Assembly (NCBI GenBank): GCA_019058365.1
Contig: JAHPZE010000020.1
Span: 13,714 to 77,713 of the forward strand
Direction of reading: 5' to 3'
Source of the DNA: Promethearchaeota archaeon
GTDB taxonomy: Archaea > Asgardarchaeota > Lokiarchaeia > Sigyniarchaeales > SOKP01
Length of the DNA: 64,000 bases
A program made the position numbers and the translations under genes. This document shows positions 42,796 through 52,392 of the stretch, piece after piece. The stretch's first letter is position 1, and each line of letters starts with the position of its first letter. The notes beneath the pieces were generated by a model. The model saw only the letters and a program-made list of their open reading frames with translations, ran no database searches and was not told the origin of the DNA.

Positions 42796-43206
42796 ATGGC
42801 AGCAGAATCAAATGAAGAAAATAATGAAATAAGGGGTTTTGCACTTTTAATTAATAGTATTCTTTCACCTTTAAATGAAAACAAAAAATTTCAAGAAAAA
42901 TTTAGTAAAATTGATACGAGAGTTCTTTTAAATGCCACGAATTTAAATTATGCGGCTTTAATCATTATTGATCATGGATTTGTGAGAATTGAGAGCATTC
43001 CTAATAAACCAAAAGAAAATTTGAAAAAGAAAAAGGTAGGTTGGAATGGCTTTTTAGAGATGGATACACAAACTTTCCTTGCTATTGCCATGAGTCGAAT
43101 TTCAATTCCGGGAATGATAAAAAAATGGTTATCCGGTAAAATAAAAATGCGCGGAATTAGAAAATTACTTATTTTATTAAAAGTCTTTAAATTTTTAACA
43201 AGTTAA
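42796..43206 (+). CDS. SCP2-like domain protein
   Basis: LEMDTQTFLAIA...WLSGKIKMRG. Confidence 0.7.
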   Translation: MAAESNEENNEIRGFALLINSILSPLNENKKFQEKFSKIDTRVLLNATNLNYAALIIIDHGFVRIESIPNKPKENLKKKKVGWNGFLEMDTQTFLAIAMSRISIPGMIKKWLSGKIKMRGIRKLLILLKVFKFLTS

Positions 43207-43255
43207 AACAATTAGATTTTATATATATCAAGATGAAATATTAAGGAGAAGATTT

Positions 43256-44305
43256 ATGATGAGTACAAAAATTAAGGAAGCCTGGTTAGGACCTGGTAGA
43301 AAGGATGGTCAAATTAATCCAATCAAACCAAAAGATGATGCATTACACATCGATATGAAAAAGAAAGGAACAAGAGAATGGTGGTACTTTGATGCTCGTT
43401 TTGATAATGGATATACAGTAGTAGGATTCTTTCGAGCAAAACATGAACGAACTGGTAAAACTGGTGTAGAAATTACGATTTATAAACCAAATGGAGAAAA
43501 AATACAGAAAGTAATAGAGTATCTTCATTCAGATCTTATAGCTTCCCAAGAAGTACCAGATGTGCAAATTGGTAAAAATTATATTAATGTTGATTATTCT
43601 AACAAAGAATTACCAAAATACGAAATTTTCTTAGATGAAGCTGAATATGGGTTTCACTTAAAATATACTGCCCAAGTTCATGGTTGGAAGCCCGGAAAAG
43701 GATATATTGAGTTTGGAAAGTCAAATGAATTCGGTTGGGTTATAGCTCTACCTCGAGCAGACGTTGTAGGAACTATTAAGGTTAATAATGAAACAATTCA
43801 AGTAAATGGAATTGGATATCATGATCATAATTGGTTAAATTTCAATTTTGCGATGATAATTGACTATTGGTACTGGGGTAGGATTTATTCTGAGAATTTT
43901 ACTGTGGTTTTTGCTTATATCAAATGTAACAAGAAAATAGATAATTATCCAATTCAAGTTTTAATGCTCGCGAAAAATGAGAATGTATTTCTCAGTACAG
44001 GTGAATATAAATTAATTCAAGAAAATTTTGAACATAATAATAAAGCTGGAAATAAATTTCCGAAAATTCTAAAGTTTATTATTGGAAATCAGCATGAAAT
44101 TCTTCTCGAAGTTCAAGAGATCATTGATGCTGATAATTTACTTCAAGAATTAGGACCCATCACACGTTTCCTAGCGAAAAATCTTTTAAAATTAAAACCA
44201 GGTTATTTTCGATTAAATTCTCAATTTCAACTCAATATATCTTATGAAGGGAAATCATTTATAGAAAAAGGAAGTACGCTTCACGAGATGGTAATTACTA
44301 AGTAA
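43256..44305 (+). CDS. CrtC/AttH-like (lipocalin-like beta-barrel) lipid-modifying protein
   Basis: EWWYFDA, GIGYHDHNW, WYWGR motifs. Confidence 0.75.
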   Translation: MMSTKIKEAWLGPGRKDGQINPIKPKDDALHIDMKKKGTREWWYFDARFDNGYTVVGFFRAKHERTGKTGVEITIYKPNGEKIQKVIEYLHSDLIASQEVPDVQIGKNYINVDYSNKELPKYEIFLDEAEYGFHLKYTAQVHGWKPGKGYIEFGKSNEFGWVIALPRADVVGTIKVNNETIQVNGIGYHDHNWLNFNFAMIIDYWYWGRIYSENFTVVFAYIKCNKKIDNYPIQVLMLAKNENVFLSTGEYKLIQENFEHNNKAGNKFPKILKFIIGNQHEILLEVQEIIDADNLLQELGPITRFLAKNLLKLKPGYFRLNSQFQLNISYEGKSFIEKGSTLHEMVITK

Positions 44306-44329
44306 GAAGAAATCAATTTATCAGAACTT

Positions 44330-45025
44330 TTATTTTTTTTCATCCAATGCTCTTTTTGGAAATAGGCGTTTTTTTAATTTTACCTTGCTTGTGTCCATGT
44401 CATATTCAACTAAGCCAGCTTTTGCTAATTCTTGAACTGAATGTAATACAAAGGCTCCTTCAATACCAGTTGTAGTTTTTATTTGATCTCTCGTCATTTC
44501 TTCCTTTTCTCCATGTAAAGTCATTAAAATTCGATAATGTGGTTGACCTTGCCATATTTCTGACACTAAGACAGTATAAATTGACAATAATGCACGAACT
44601 CTCTCAAAGTTATATTCTGCTTCTTCTGCTTCTGATGCTACTTGCATAAATTTCTCTAACTCAACCTTAACTTTCTGATACTCATCTAGTAATTTCATTT
44701 GATCTTCTGTTAATGATCCTATTTTTTGGTCTTTTTCTCGTTTTTCAAGCTCTAGCTTTTTTGTTTCCTCTTCTAATTTCTTTTTATCTATCTCTAACTG
44801 TTGTTTCTCAGTTTCTAACTTAGACTTTGCTTCTTCTAATCGTATTTTTTCATTTTCGAGTTTTTCTTTTTCTTTACTAAGTTCCATTTTATCATTCTCA
44901 AGATTTAATAAAGCAGTTCTTGAAGTCTCTAATACATCAATAAATTCCTTAAAACTTGATTCAGCAGCTTGAATTGTTTCATCAATAACATTTAACGTTT
45001 TTTCTTTATCTGACATTGGAATCAC
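44330..45025 (-). CDS. Coiled-coil protein with a C-terminal winged-helix-like domain
   Basis: Seven LExEKxx-type heptads; C-terminal HYRILMTLHG...ELAKAGLVEYD. Confidence 0.75.
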   Translation of the reverse strand: MIPMSDKEKTLNVIDETIQAAESSFKEFIDVLETSRTALLNLENDKMELSKEKEKLENEKIRLEEAKSKLETEKQQLEIDKKKLEEETKKLELEKREKDQKIGSLTEDQMKLLDEYQKVKVELEKFMQVASEAEEAEYNFERVRALLSIYTVLVSEIWQGQPHYRILMTLHGEKEEMTRDQIKTTTGIEGAFVLHSVQELAKAGLVEYDMDTSKVKLKKRLFPKRALDEKK

Positions 45026-45245
45026 AGTAAAACTAATTATTTTATATTAATAAAGATTTATTAGAAATTTTTAAAGTTTTATAAAAATTCAAGGAAATAA
45101 ATCAAAATAATGAATTTTATTTTATTCATTATATTTTAGTGTAAGGTTATCAATTTTATTTAAAATTAGAGATATAACACTACATATAATCCCTTAAAAA
45201 GCATTGTATTTTGTTATTTGACTTTCTTTATAATTTTTTCCCATT

Positions 45246-45563
45246 TTATCTTCCATTAATTACTTCATCATATAATATTTTGAGATATTCTTTAATTTTT
45301 TCAAAATGATTTGTACCTCCTTCTGTAATGGAATAATATTTTCGAATTTTTCCCTTCACATTTTTTTTTTCTAAAGATAATAAACCAGAATAAGTTAACC
45401 TATTTAACCATGGATATAAAGTCCCATCCGAAATATCATATCCATGCTCAGCCAACTCATTCTTTAACCAGGAACCATAAAAAGGTTCTTTACTAGCATG
45501 ATATAATATATGTAGCAAAATCGAACCTTTTTGAAATCTTCTTAAAGGATTTATGGATTTCAT
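45246..45563 (-). CDS. PadR family transcriptional regulator
   Basis: PFYG, GTLYPWLNRL, RKYYSITEGG. Confidence 0.93.
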   Translation of the reverse strand: MKSINPLRRFQKGSILLHILYHASKEPFYGSWLKNELAEHGYDISDGTLYPWLNRLTYSGLLSLEKKNVKGKIRKYYSITEGGTNHFEKIKEYLKILYDEVINGR

Positions 45564-45656
45564 GTTAGATCCATATTATATTGGTTTCAAATAATTAAGA
45601 TCAAGAATTCAATAATATTAAAAAGGAATAATTTATATTTAATATTATCGCGAATC

Positions 45657-45675
45657 GATATCGATAATCGATATC
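45657..45675. promoter_or_regulatory. Perfect 9-1-9 palindrome, probable PadR operator
   Basis: GATATCGAT-A-ATCGATATC between divergent padR and MFS genes, downstream of TTTATAT. Confidence 0.7.
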
Positions 45676-45721
45676 AAAAAAAGTAAAATAATAACTTAAT
45701 AATAGCAATACTGATTGATTT

Positions 45722-46966
45722 ATGTCAGGAAATAATGATTCAAATCAAAAGTATACTCAAAAGATAAGACTAATTTTGGGAGTTTCAGTGCCTGTTTTTA
45801 TAATGGGACTTGTATCATTTTTCACTGATATCTCAAGTGAAATGATCCAAAGCATTTTACCTTTATTTATTATAGATCTAGTAGAAACGAATCCTATATT
45901 TATTTTAGGTTTAATCGCAGGAATTACGACGGCTCTAGCCAACATATTAAAAGGAGTATCAGGTTGGATAAGTGATAAAATCAACAAAAGAAGACCTTTT
46001 GTCGTAGCAGGGTATACTATTTCAAATCTTTCTAAACCATTTATAGGTTTTAGTCCATCATGGCAATTTGTTTTAGGATTAAAAGCAACAGATAGATTTG
46101 GCAAAGGTCTCAGAACATCTTCCAGAGATACACTTATATCTTATTATGCAGTTGAGCAAGGAAAATCTTTTGGAATTCATCGCGCAATGGATACTTTAGG
46201 TGCAGTAGTTGGGTCTCTTCTTGCTTTTCTATTTTTATTTTGGGCATGGAGTTATTCTGAAATTATATTTTTCTCTATTTTTCCAGGACTCTGTGCAATT
46301 GTATTAATCCTTTTCATCAAGGATGTTGATCCTACTAAATTAGATGAAACAAAACTGAAATATCATGATGTACCAAAAGTAGATAAAATTGATAGAAACT
46401 TTATTAAACTTATAATTATCCTTGGAGTAATTGAATTTGCTAGCTTAGATATAGCATTCCTCCAAGTTAGATCAAGAGATTATATTTTTTCTGGATTAAT
46501 CTTTTTAATACCTGTTTTTTATTTACTAACAAACATAGTTTATATGGTTTTATCACCTATAATGGGATCTTTATCAGACAAAGTCGGACGCAAACCTATT
46601 ATCGTAAGTGGGTTATCAATTCTTTTAGTTTCTACAATATTTTTAGCATTTCCAATTGAATCTTCAGTATTTTCATTAATATCAATAGTAATTATTTATG
46701 CATTTTATGGATTTTATTTGGCATCAGTTGATCCCATCTCAAGGGCGTATATTGCTGACTTAGCAGGTAAAAATAAAAGAGGTAGAGCATATGGTTATTA
46801 TTATCTTTCTGTAGGGATAATTACCTTAGGTGAATCACTGCTTTTTGGATATATTTATGATATATTCTCTTTTTTTTGGGCTTTTCTCTATGTATCAATT
46901 CTTTTATTTATTTGTATTATAGTATTTATTATCACTGATTTCTCCAAGATTCTACACAAGGAGTAA
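45722..46966 (+). CDS. MFS transporter
   Basis: SFFTDISSEM, GWISDKINKRRP, DRFGKGLRT, GSLSDKVGRKP; about 12 TM. Confidence 0.93.
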   Translation: MSGNNDSNQKYTQKIRLILGVSVPVFIMGLVSFFTDISSEMIQSILPLFIIDLVETNPIFILGLIAGITTALANILKGVSGWISDKINKRRPFVVAGYTISNLSKPFIGFSPSWQFVLGLKATDRFGKGLRTSSRDTLISYYAVEQGKSFGIHRAMDTLGAVVGSLLAFLFLFWAWSYSEIIFFSIFPGLCAIVLILFIKDVDPTKLDETKLKYHDVPKVDKIDRNFIKLIIILGVIEFASLDIAFLQVRSRDYIFSGLIFLIPVFYLLTNIVYMVLSPIMGSLSDKVGRKPIIVSGLSILLVSTIFLAFPIESSVFSLISIVIIYAFYGFYLASVDPISRAYIADLAGKNKRGRAYGYYYLSVGIITLGESLLFGYIYDIFSFFWAFLYVSILLFICIIVFIITDFSKILHKE

Positions 46967-47051
46967 TTATTCGTTAAATTATGAATCGATGTAGAGTATA
47001 CCTAAACAATTAAATAAATTAGATTATAGGTTATTTTCGGTGATATAACAC

Positions 47052-47834
47052 ATGAAAAAAGATTATTGTCTTACTTCAAAGGATGTGGTTCTAGCAGCTA
47101 TACAATCATCTAATAAAAATATGGAAGATTTTAAAGTCGATCCTAATGTTATGATTATTTTCTCTGGAGCTTTATTAAATTATTTAAAACAGAAAGCTAA
47201 TTTAGAACAATCAGATTGGTTATTACCGTTTCACCCATATGGCTCTGAAAGATTGCATCGAGGTAAATATGAACACCTTCCTTTAACAGTAATTGTTCCA
47301 CCTATGGGAGCATCAACAATGGCTTCAGTAGCAGAAGATTTAATCTTTTGTGGTGCAAAAGTAATTCTTCTTGTTTGTGGTTCATGGGGGATTGGTGAAA
47401 AAGTAGAATTATTTGATTATATTATACCTACTCATGGTTTAGGACCAGATGGAACAAGTATACATTATGGAAGAAAACTAAATGAAGAAATTGAATTAAA
47501 TAAAGAGATTGTAAACATTTTTATAGAAGAAACAAAAAATAGAACTAAAAATTACCATATAGGGAAAAACTATTGTAAAGAAGCATTCTATAAGATTAAT
47601 AAAACAGAAATTCTTGAAATGCAACAGAAAGGGTGTATTTCAATGGAAAATGGAGAGATTAATGTTCTCTCAACAATATGTAAACAAAATCAGATAAAAT
47701 TTGGTGTAATTTTTTATAGCTATTATAATCCTCTTGAGGGGTGGAATATTTCATGGAAACAAGACCATTATAAAGATTGTGTAGAACTTGAAGGAGATAT
47801 TGCATTAGCTACAATGTTAAGAATAAATAGATGA
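47052..47834 (+). CDS. Nucleoside phosphorylase-like protein (PNP/UDP family)
   Basis: PPMGAS...AEDLIFCGAK..L.CGS.G, DGTSIHY. Confidence 0.75.
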   Translation: MKKDYCLTSKDVVLAAIQSSNKNMEDFKVDPNVMIIFSGALLNYLKQKANLEQSDWLLPFHPYGSERLHRGKYEHLPLTVIVPPMGASTMASVAEDLIFCGAKVILLVCGSWGIGEKVELFDYIIPTHGLGPDGTSIHYGRKLNEEIELNKEIVNIFIEETKNRTKNYHIGKNYCKEAFYKINKTEILEMQQKGCISMENGEINVLSTICKQNQIKFGVIFYSYYNPLEGWNISWKQDHYKDCVELEGDIALATMLRINR

Positions 47835-47851
47835 TAATAGAGTTATTTTTT

Positions 47852-49114
47852 CTACTTAGATTGAATCCATAAGTTAGCTAAATATATCAAAACTTCAGTA
47901 GCTTTTTGAAGAGCCAAAGTTGGGATGTATTCTTTTCTAGAATGAAATAATAAACCTCCAGCAAAAATATTTGGCGTTGGAATTCCTTTCGCACTTAACC
48001 GAGCTCCATCTGTACCTCCCCTTATAGGATGAATTTTCAATTCTAAACCCGACTTTTCGATTGCTTGTTTAGCTAAATCGATAACTTTTGGCGTTTTTTC
48101 TAGGTAAATAAACATGTTTTGATATTGATGTTTAAAATTTATTTCAATTTTTAATCCCGGATAACGAATTTCATATGCTTTCTTTAGATTTTTTAAATAA
48201 TCCATCCGTCTATGGTTATTTTCTTCTGAAAAATCTCTGATAAACATTCTTGAGTTAGCTTCTTCTGCATTACCTTGTAATTTTGTTAAATGAAAAAATC
48301 CTTCACGTTCCTCAGTATGTTCAGGTGCCTCAGATTCAGGAAGCTCACTAAAAAACCTACTCGCAATCTCTATAGCATTAATCATTTTATTCTTAGCTTC
48401 TCCCGGATGAACATTTAAACCTATAAATTTAGTTTGAGCTAACCATGCATCAAAACATTCAAATTCTAATTCACCCATTTCACCACCATCTACTGTATAG
48501 CATACTTTAGGAAGCTTTTTCATATCAACTTTATCAATTCCTGAACCAATTTCTTCATCTGTACTAAAACAAACAAATATTGGCCCGTGCTTTAATTCAT
48601 CAAACTCTTTCCAAGCAGCACATGCAGCCATTATTTCGGCAATACCTGCTTTATCGTCTGCCCCCAACAGTGTATCTCCCTCAGATGTGATTATATCGAG
48701 ACCTATATATTCTTCTAAATTAGGAGAATCTTCAATGCTTAAAACTAAACCTTTATTTTGAGTGAATTTTATCTCTTTTCCATCATACTTTCTATGAATT
48801 ACAGGTTTTACATTCTTTCCACTAACTGCTGGTGAAGTATCCATATGAGCTAATAATCCAATAGGAGTTACTTTTTCAAGGCCTTTACTTGGTGGAAGAT
48901 ATGCATAAACAAAACCGTATTCATCATGAATGATATTTTCAAGATTTAATTTTTTTAATTCTTCTACTAGCAACTTTCCAAGATCTAATTGGATTTTTGT
49001 TGAGGGAACCGTTTCTACACTCTCATCTGAAACAGTCCAAACTTTCACATACCTCAAAAATCGTTCTAATGCTTCATTTAACAAAAATTCTTGTATGTCT
49101 TTTGTAAGATCCAT
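47852..49114 (-). CDS. pepT: Peptidase T (M20B tripeptidase)
   Basis: AHMDTSP, LGADDKAG, DEEIG, HPGEAKNKMINA, IRGGTDG. Confidence 0.95.
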   Translation of the reverse strand: MDLTKDIQEFLLNEALERFLRYVKVWTVSDESVETVPSTKIQLDLGKLLVEELKKLNLENIIHDEYGFVYAYLPPSKGLEKVTPIGLLAHMDTSPAVSGKNVKPVIHRKYDGKEIKFTQNKGLVLSIEDSPNLEEYIGLDIITSEGDTLLGADDKAGIAEIMAACAAWKEFDELKHGPIFVCFSTDEEIGSGIDKVDMKKLPKVCYTVDGGEMGELEFECFDAWLAQTKFIGLNVHPGEAKNKMINAIEIASRFFSELPESEAPEHTEEREGFFHLTKLQGNAEEANSRMFIRDFSEENNHRRMDYLKNLKKAYEIRYPGLKIEINFKHQYQNMFIYLEKTPKVIDLAKQAIEKSGLELKIHPIRGGTDGARLSAKGIPTPNIFAGGLLFHSRKEYIPTLALQKATEVLIYLANLWIQSK

Positions 49115-49174
49115 ATCAATGAAAATTAATCTTAAATTTTAAAGGTAGATATTCTATTAAAATAATCTAAAACT

Positions 49175-49975
49175 TTATCGTCCTTTGAATTTTGGTTCTC
49201 TTTTTTTTATAAAAGATTTCATTCCTTCTCCAAAATCATAAGTTCTTATATTTTTACAATATAATCGAAATTCATTTTGTAAAGATGGAAACAGTTCATT
49301 AAATTGAGAAAAATTCAACATAGCTTTATTATATCCAAGGCATTTTGTAGGCATCTGTGCGATTTTTCGAACAAATTCTAATGATTTTTCTTTAAATTCG
49401 TCTAACGGGTAAACTTTAGTAATTAAACCAATATCCAAAGCTTCTTTTGCTTCAAGATGACGCCCAGTCAAAATTATCTCTGTTGCTCTTCCAAAACCAA
49501 CAATTCTGGGCAGAAACCAACTTGCTCCGCTTAAAATACAATGGGCTCTTCTTGTACGATGATCACCAATTTTCAAATTATCTGCTGCTAATCTAAAATC
49601 ACATGCAAGAGCTATGTCAAATCCTGCTCCTAAACAATATCCTTTCAATAAAACTATCACAGGTTTTTGAATACCTCGTATCAAATTGACAACTTTATGA
49701 TGGGGCATTTTAGAACCATCTTCTAACGGTGTGAATTTAACCCCTTCTGGACTCATACTTTTCATATCATCACCAGAACAGAAATTCTTACCAGCTCCTT
49801 CAATAATAACAGCACGAACCAACTTATCTTTCATGATAGACTCGAATACTTCTACTATTTCCATTAATAATGGGTACTGTAAAGCATTCAACTTATATGG
49901 ACGATTTATAGTAATTTTACTAATACTATTTTTAAATTCATATATTATATATTCAAAGTTAGTACTTAAAATCAG
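49175..49975 (-). CDS. Enoyl-CoA hydratase/isomerase; true start upstream of the ORF-track start
   Basis: NFCSGDD, GAGFDIALACD; frame extends upstream as STNFEYIIYEFKNSISKITINRPYKLNA, matching the N-terminus of the paralog at 8515. Confidence 0.85.
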   Translation of the reverse strand: MILSTNFEYIIYEFKNSISKITINRPYKLNALQYPLLMEIVEVFESIMKDKLVRAVIIEGAGKNFCSGDDMKSMSPEGVKFTPLEDGSKMPHHKVVNLIRGIQKPVIVLLKGYCLGAGFDIALACDFRLAADNLKIGDHRTRRAHCILSGASWFLPRIVGFGRATEIILTGRHLEAKEALDIGLITKVYPLDEFKEKSLEFVRKIAQMPTKCLGYNKAMLNFSQFNELFPSLQNEFRLYCKNIRTYDFGEGMKSFIKKREPKFKGR

Positions 49976-50088
49976 AATCCTCTCTAATTTAAATAATTAA
50001 GATAAATAAAATATAGATCTTTAGAAAAATAATATTTACTTATAGATTAATCAATACTATTTTTTAAAATATTGAATAAGTATTTTTA

Positions 50089-50187
50089 ATGAATTTATCT
50101 GAGGAGGAGACATCAACAACAACCAAACCGATTTATGAAAGACGCTACGATATAGATTTGTTGAGAATAGTTATATTAACTAAATAG
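50089..50187 (+). pseudogene. N-terminal remnant of an acyltransferase-3 family gene
   Basis: MNLSEEETSTTTKPIYERRYDIDLLRIVILTK*; RRYDIDLLR is the characteristic N-terminal motif. Confidence 0.55.
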
Positions 50188-50206
50188 AAGAAAAAATATA
50201 ATTTAA

Positions 50207-50869
50207 TTACCAAATTTCAAATTTCTCATCTAATCTAGTTACAAACACTATAAAATAAGGAATGACTAGATCTAAAACGCCTGAATAAAGATTAATTATA
50301 GGAGTAAAAATTAATAATGCGGTAACTCCTGTAATATTGCCTAGACCAAGAACTCCAAGATTTACAAAAGCTAAAGTATCTATTCCCCAAACTATTGCAA
50401 AGAAGAGAAAATTTAATATTAACATTACTCCAATCCTTACAATTATACTTATTACTCCAGTAAAAGCAAATCTTCTTGGATCTTTTAGTTTCTGACTATT
50501 TATCACTCCTTTTTCCCTTAATCTTAAAATTAAGAAAGGTATGATTATCAATGGGATTGTAGCAAAAAATTTAAACGCTGGACCAATTCCAGTATAATCA
50601 ATTATCAATAAACCAAATGAGCCTACTACGCATGAAATTATACCTGCTATTGTACCAAAAAGTAAAAAACAAATAATCCATATCCAAGATGTTGGGTCAA
50701 ACATCGCAATTCCCCAACCTATAATCCTCGAAGCATTAATGATGGGAGATAGAACTACAGCGACTACAGTAGAGAGAGCAGCAAAAATAACCCCTCCCGC
50801 GATTTGCAACTTAATTTGTAATTGCTTTCCTCTTGTAACTTCAATTTCATCTGGTCTAATTTCAGACAT
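50207..50869 (-). CDS. ECF transporter S-component-like membrane protein
   Basis: IFAALS, FDPTS, LLFGTIAG, GPAFKFFAT; about 6 TM. Confidence 0.7.
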   Translation of the reverse strand: MSEIRPDEIEVTRGKQLQIKLQIAGGVIFAALSTVVAVVLSPIINASRIIGWGIAMFDPTSWIWIICFLLFGTIAGIISCVVGSFGLLIIDYTGIGPAFKFFATIPLIIIPFLILRLREKGVINSQKLKDPRRFAFTGVISIIVRIGVMLILNFLFFAIVWGIDTLAFVNLGVLGLGNITGVTALLIFTPIINLYSGVLDLVIPYFIVFVTRLDEKFEIW

Positions 50870-51126
50870 AATGTATCCTTAATAATTCATTTTATTTTTA
50901 TTGAGGAATGTAATATTCTTTGGTTATTTAAGACTTACGGGTAATTGAAATATTAATTAAACTACATAGAATTAACTTTTCTAATGAATCATGAAACTTT
51001 ATTCCAAGATTTGCTTTCAATTATTTTAGAACTAACTCAAAGATCAATTAAATTCTACATTTTTACATTTACTGTTCACATTTTACTAATTCTTATCTAC
51101 TCATTTTTGGAGATTAAAAAAGAGTG

Positions 51127-52311
51127 TTAAGAAAACCTTTTTCCTAGCCCTCTGTATGTAAAATATTTATCTATGAATTCGCCATCTGAATAAATATTTA
51201 CTTCATTAAAATGTTCTAGAGGTTCACCAGCTTTTCCAAATCTACAAAAAATTGGGTCACCCAAATTAAGACTTATTTTTTTGGGATTAAACTTAAAAGG
51301 AGTTTGAACTTCTCCAAATTCTTCATTTTTATATGTTTTTAGATTATTGGGTTTAACTACAATTGGAAATGCTCTTACAGAACCAGAGCTAACATAACCT
51401 CCTGAAAAACTGGTAATAATATTATGCCTAGGTTTTCTTACAACTTGAAGTACAAAAAAAAGAGATGGTGTAAAATCCTGTAATGAATTAATTGAATCAA
51501 ATATATGAGATTTAAATAGTAACGATCCAATACCAATTTCTGTAATTGAAGGTTCTTGAGCAGTTTCTTGGAAGCATCCAGATCCTCCTCCGTTCACTAC
51601 TTCTGGTTCTAATCCTTCTGACATTAAACTTTTAACAACATCTTGACGCAGTTGATTCACATGTTTACGAGAACGTTTTTTAATCCATCTCATAAAAGCA
51701 CTAGTATCTCCAATACTTGCATTTTGAGCTTCATAGCCCATTATTCCTCTATATTGAAGGTTTTTTCTTTTTTCAATCTCTCGTGCTAAATTTATTACAT
51801 CTTCGGAATTTCTTAAAGGACTTCTAAGTACTCCTACATTTACCCCAAAAAATCGATCTGCTATATCTACTTCTATTAATATATTAAATTCTACATTATG
51901 TTTAATCGCTGCTTTCTCTAAAAGATCAATGTGAAATTTGGAATCCACCATTACAGAAATCTCTACTCCTTCTATTGAAGCTGCTTTACATAATTCTTCT
52001 ATATCAACGGGCGATGTTGTAGGATACCCTAATAATATATCTTTAATCTTGTAATTTTCAGCAAAAAATAGTGCTTCAGCAGAATTATATGTAAAAATTC
52101 CATTCACAAAATCTTTTTGTTCCGCCATTTTTATCAATTCTGGCACACGTACTGATTTTGTACATAATCGCAGACTTTTTTTCGACTTTTTTAAATAATT
52201 CCCAACTCTTTCTAAATTTTGGTTAAAAGCTTCAATATCACAAATAACTAATGGAAGTTTTCTATTTCTAACTAAATCTTTTAATTCCTCATAAGATAAT
52301 GATATCATCAT
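51127..52311 (-). CDS. PLP-dependent alanine racemase-fold enzyme (DSD1-like)
   Basis: LRLCTKSVR, GIMGYEAQ, VNGGGSG, GEVQTP, KAGE. Confidence 0.85.
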   Translation of the reverse strand: MMISLSYEELKDLVRNRKLPLVICDIEAFNQNLERVGNYLKKSKKSLRLCTKSVRVPELIKMAEQKDFVNGIFTYNSAEALFFAENYKIKDILLGYPTTSPVDIEELCKAASIEGVEISVMVDSKFHIDLLEKAAIKHNVEFNILIEVDIADRFFGVNVGVLRSPLRNSEDVINLAREIEKRKNLQYRGIMGYEAQNASIGDTSAFMRWIKKRSRKHVNQLRQDVVKSLMSEGLEPEVVNGGGSGCFQETAQEPSITEIGIGSLLFKSHIFDSINSLQDFTPSLFFVLQVVRKPRHNIITSFSGGYVSSGSVRAFPIVVKPNNLKTYKNEEFGEVQTPFKFNPKKISLNLGDPIFCRFGKAGEPLEHFNEVNIYSDGEFIDKYFTYRGLGKRFS

Positions 52312-52392
52312 TTAAATTTCCCATTTTATTAATAAATGAAAAAAGCATTAATTTACAAACATTTCAAACAATTTCTTTTATAATAATATTAT

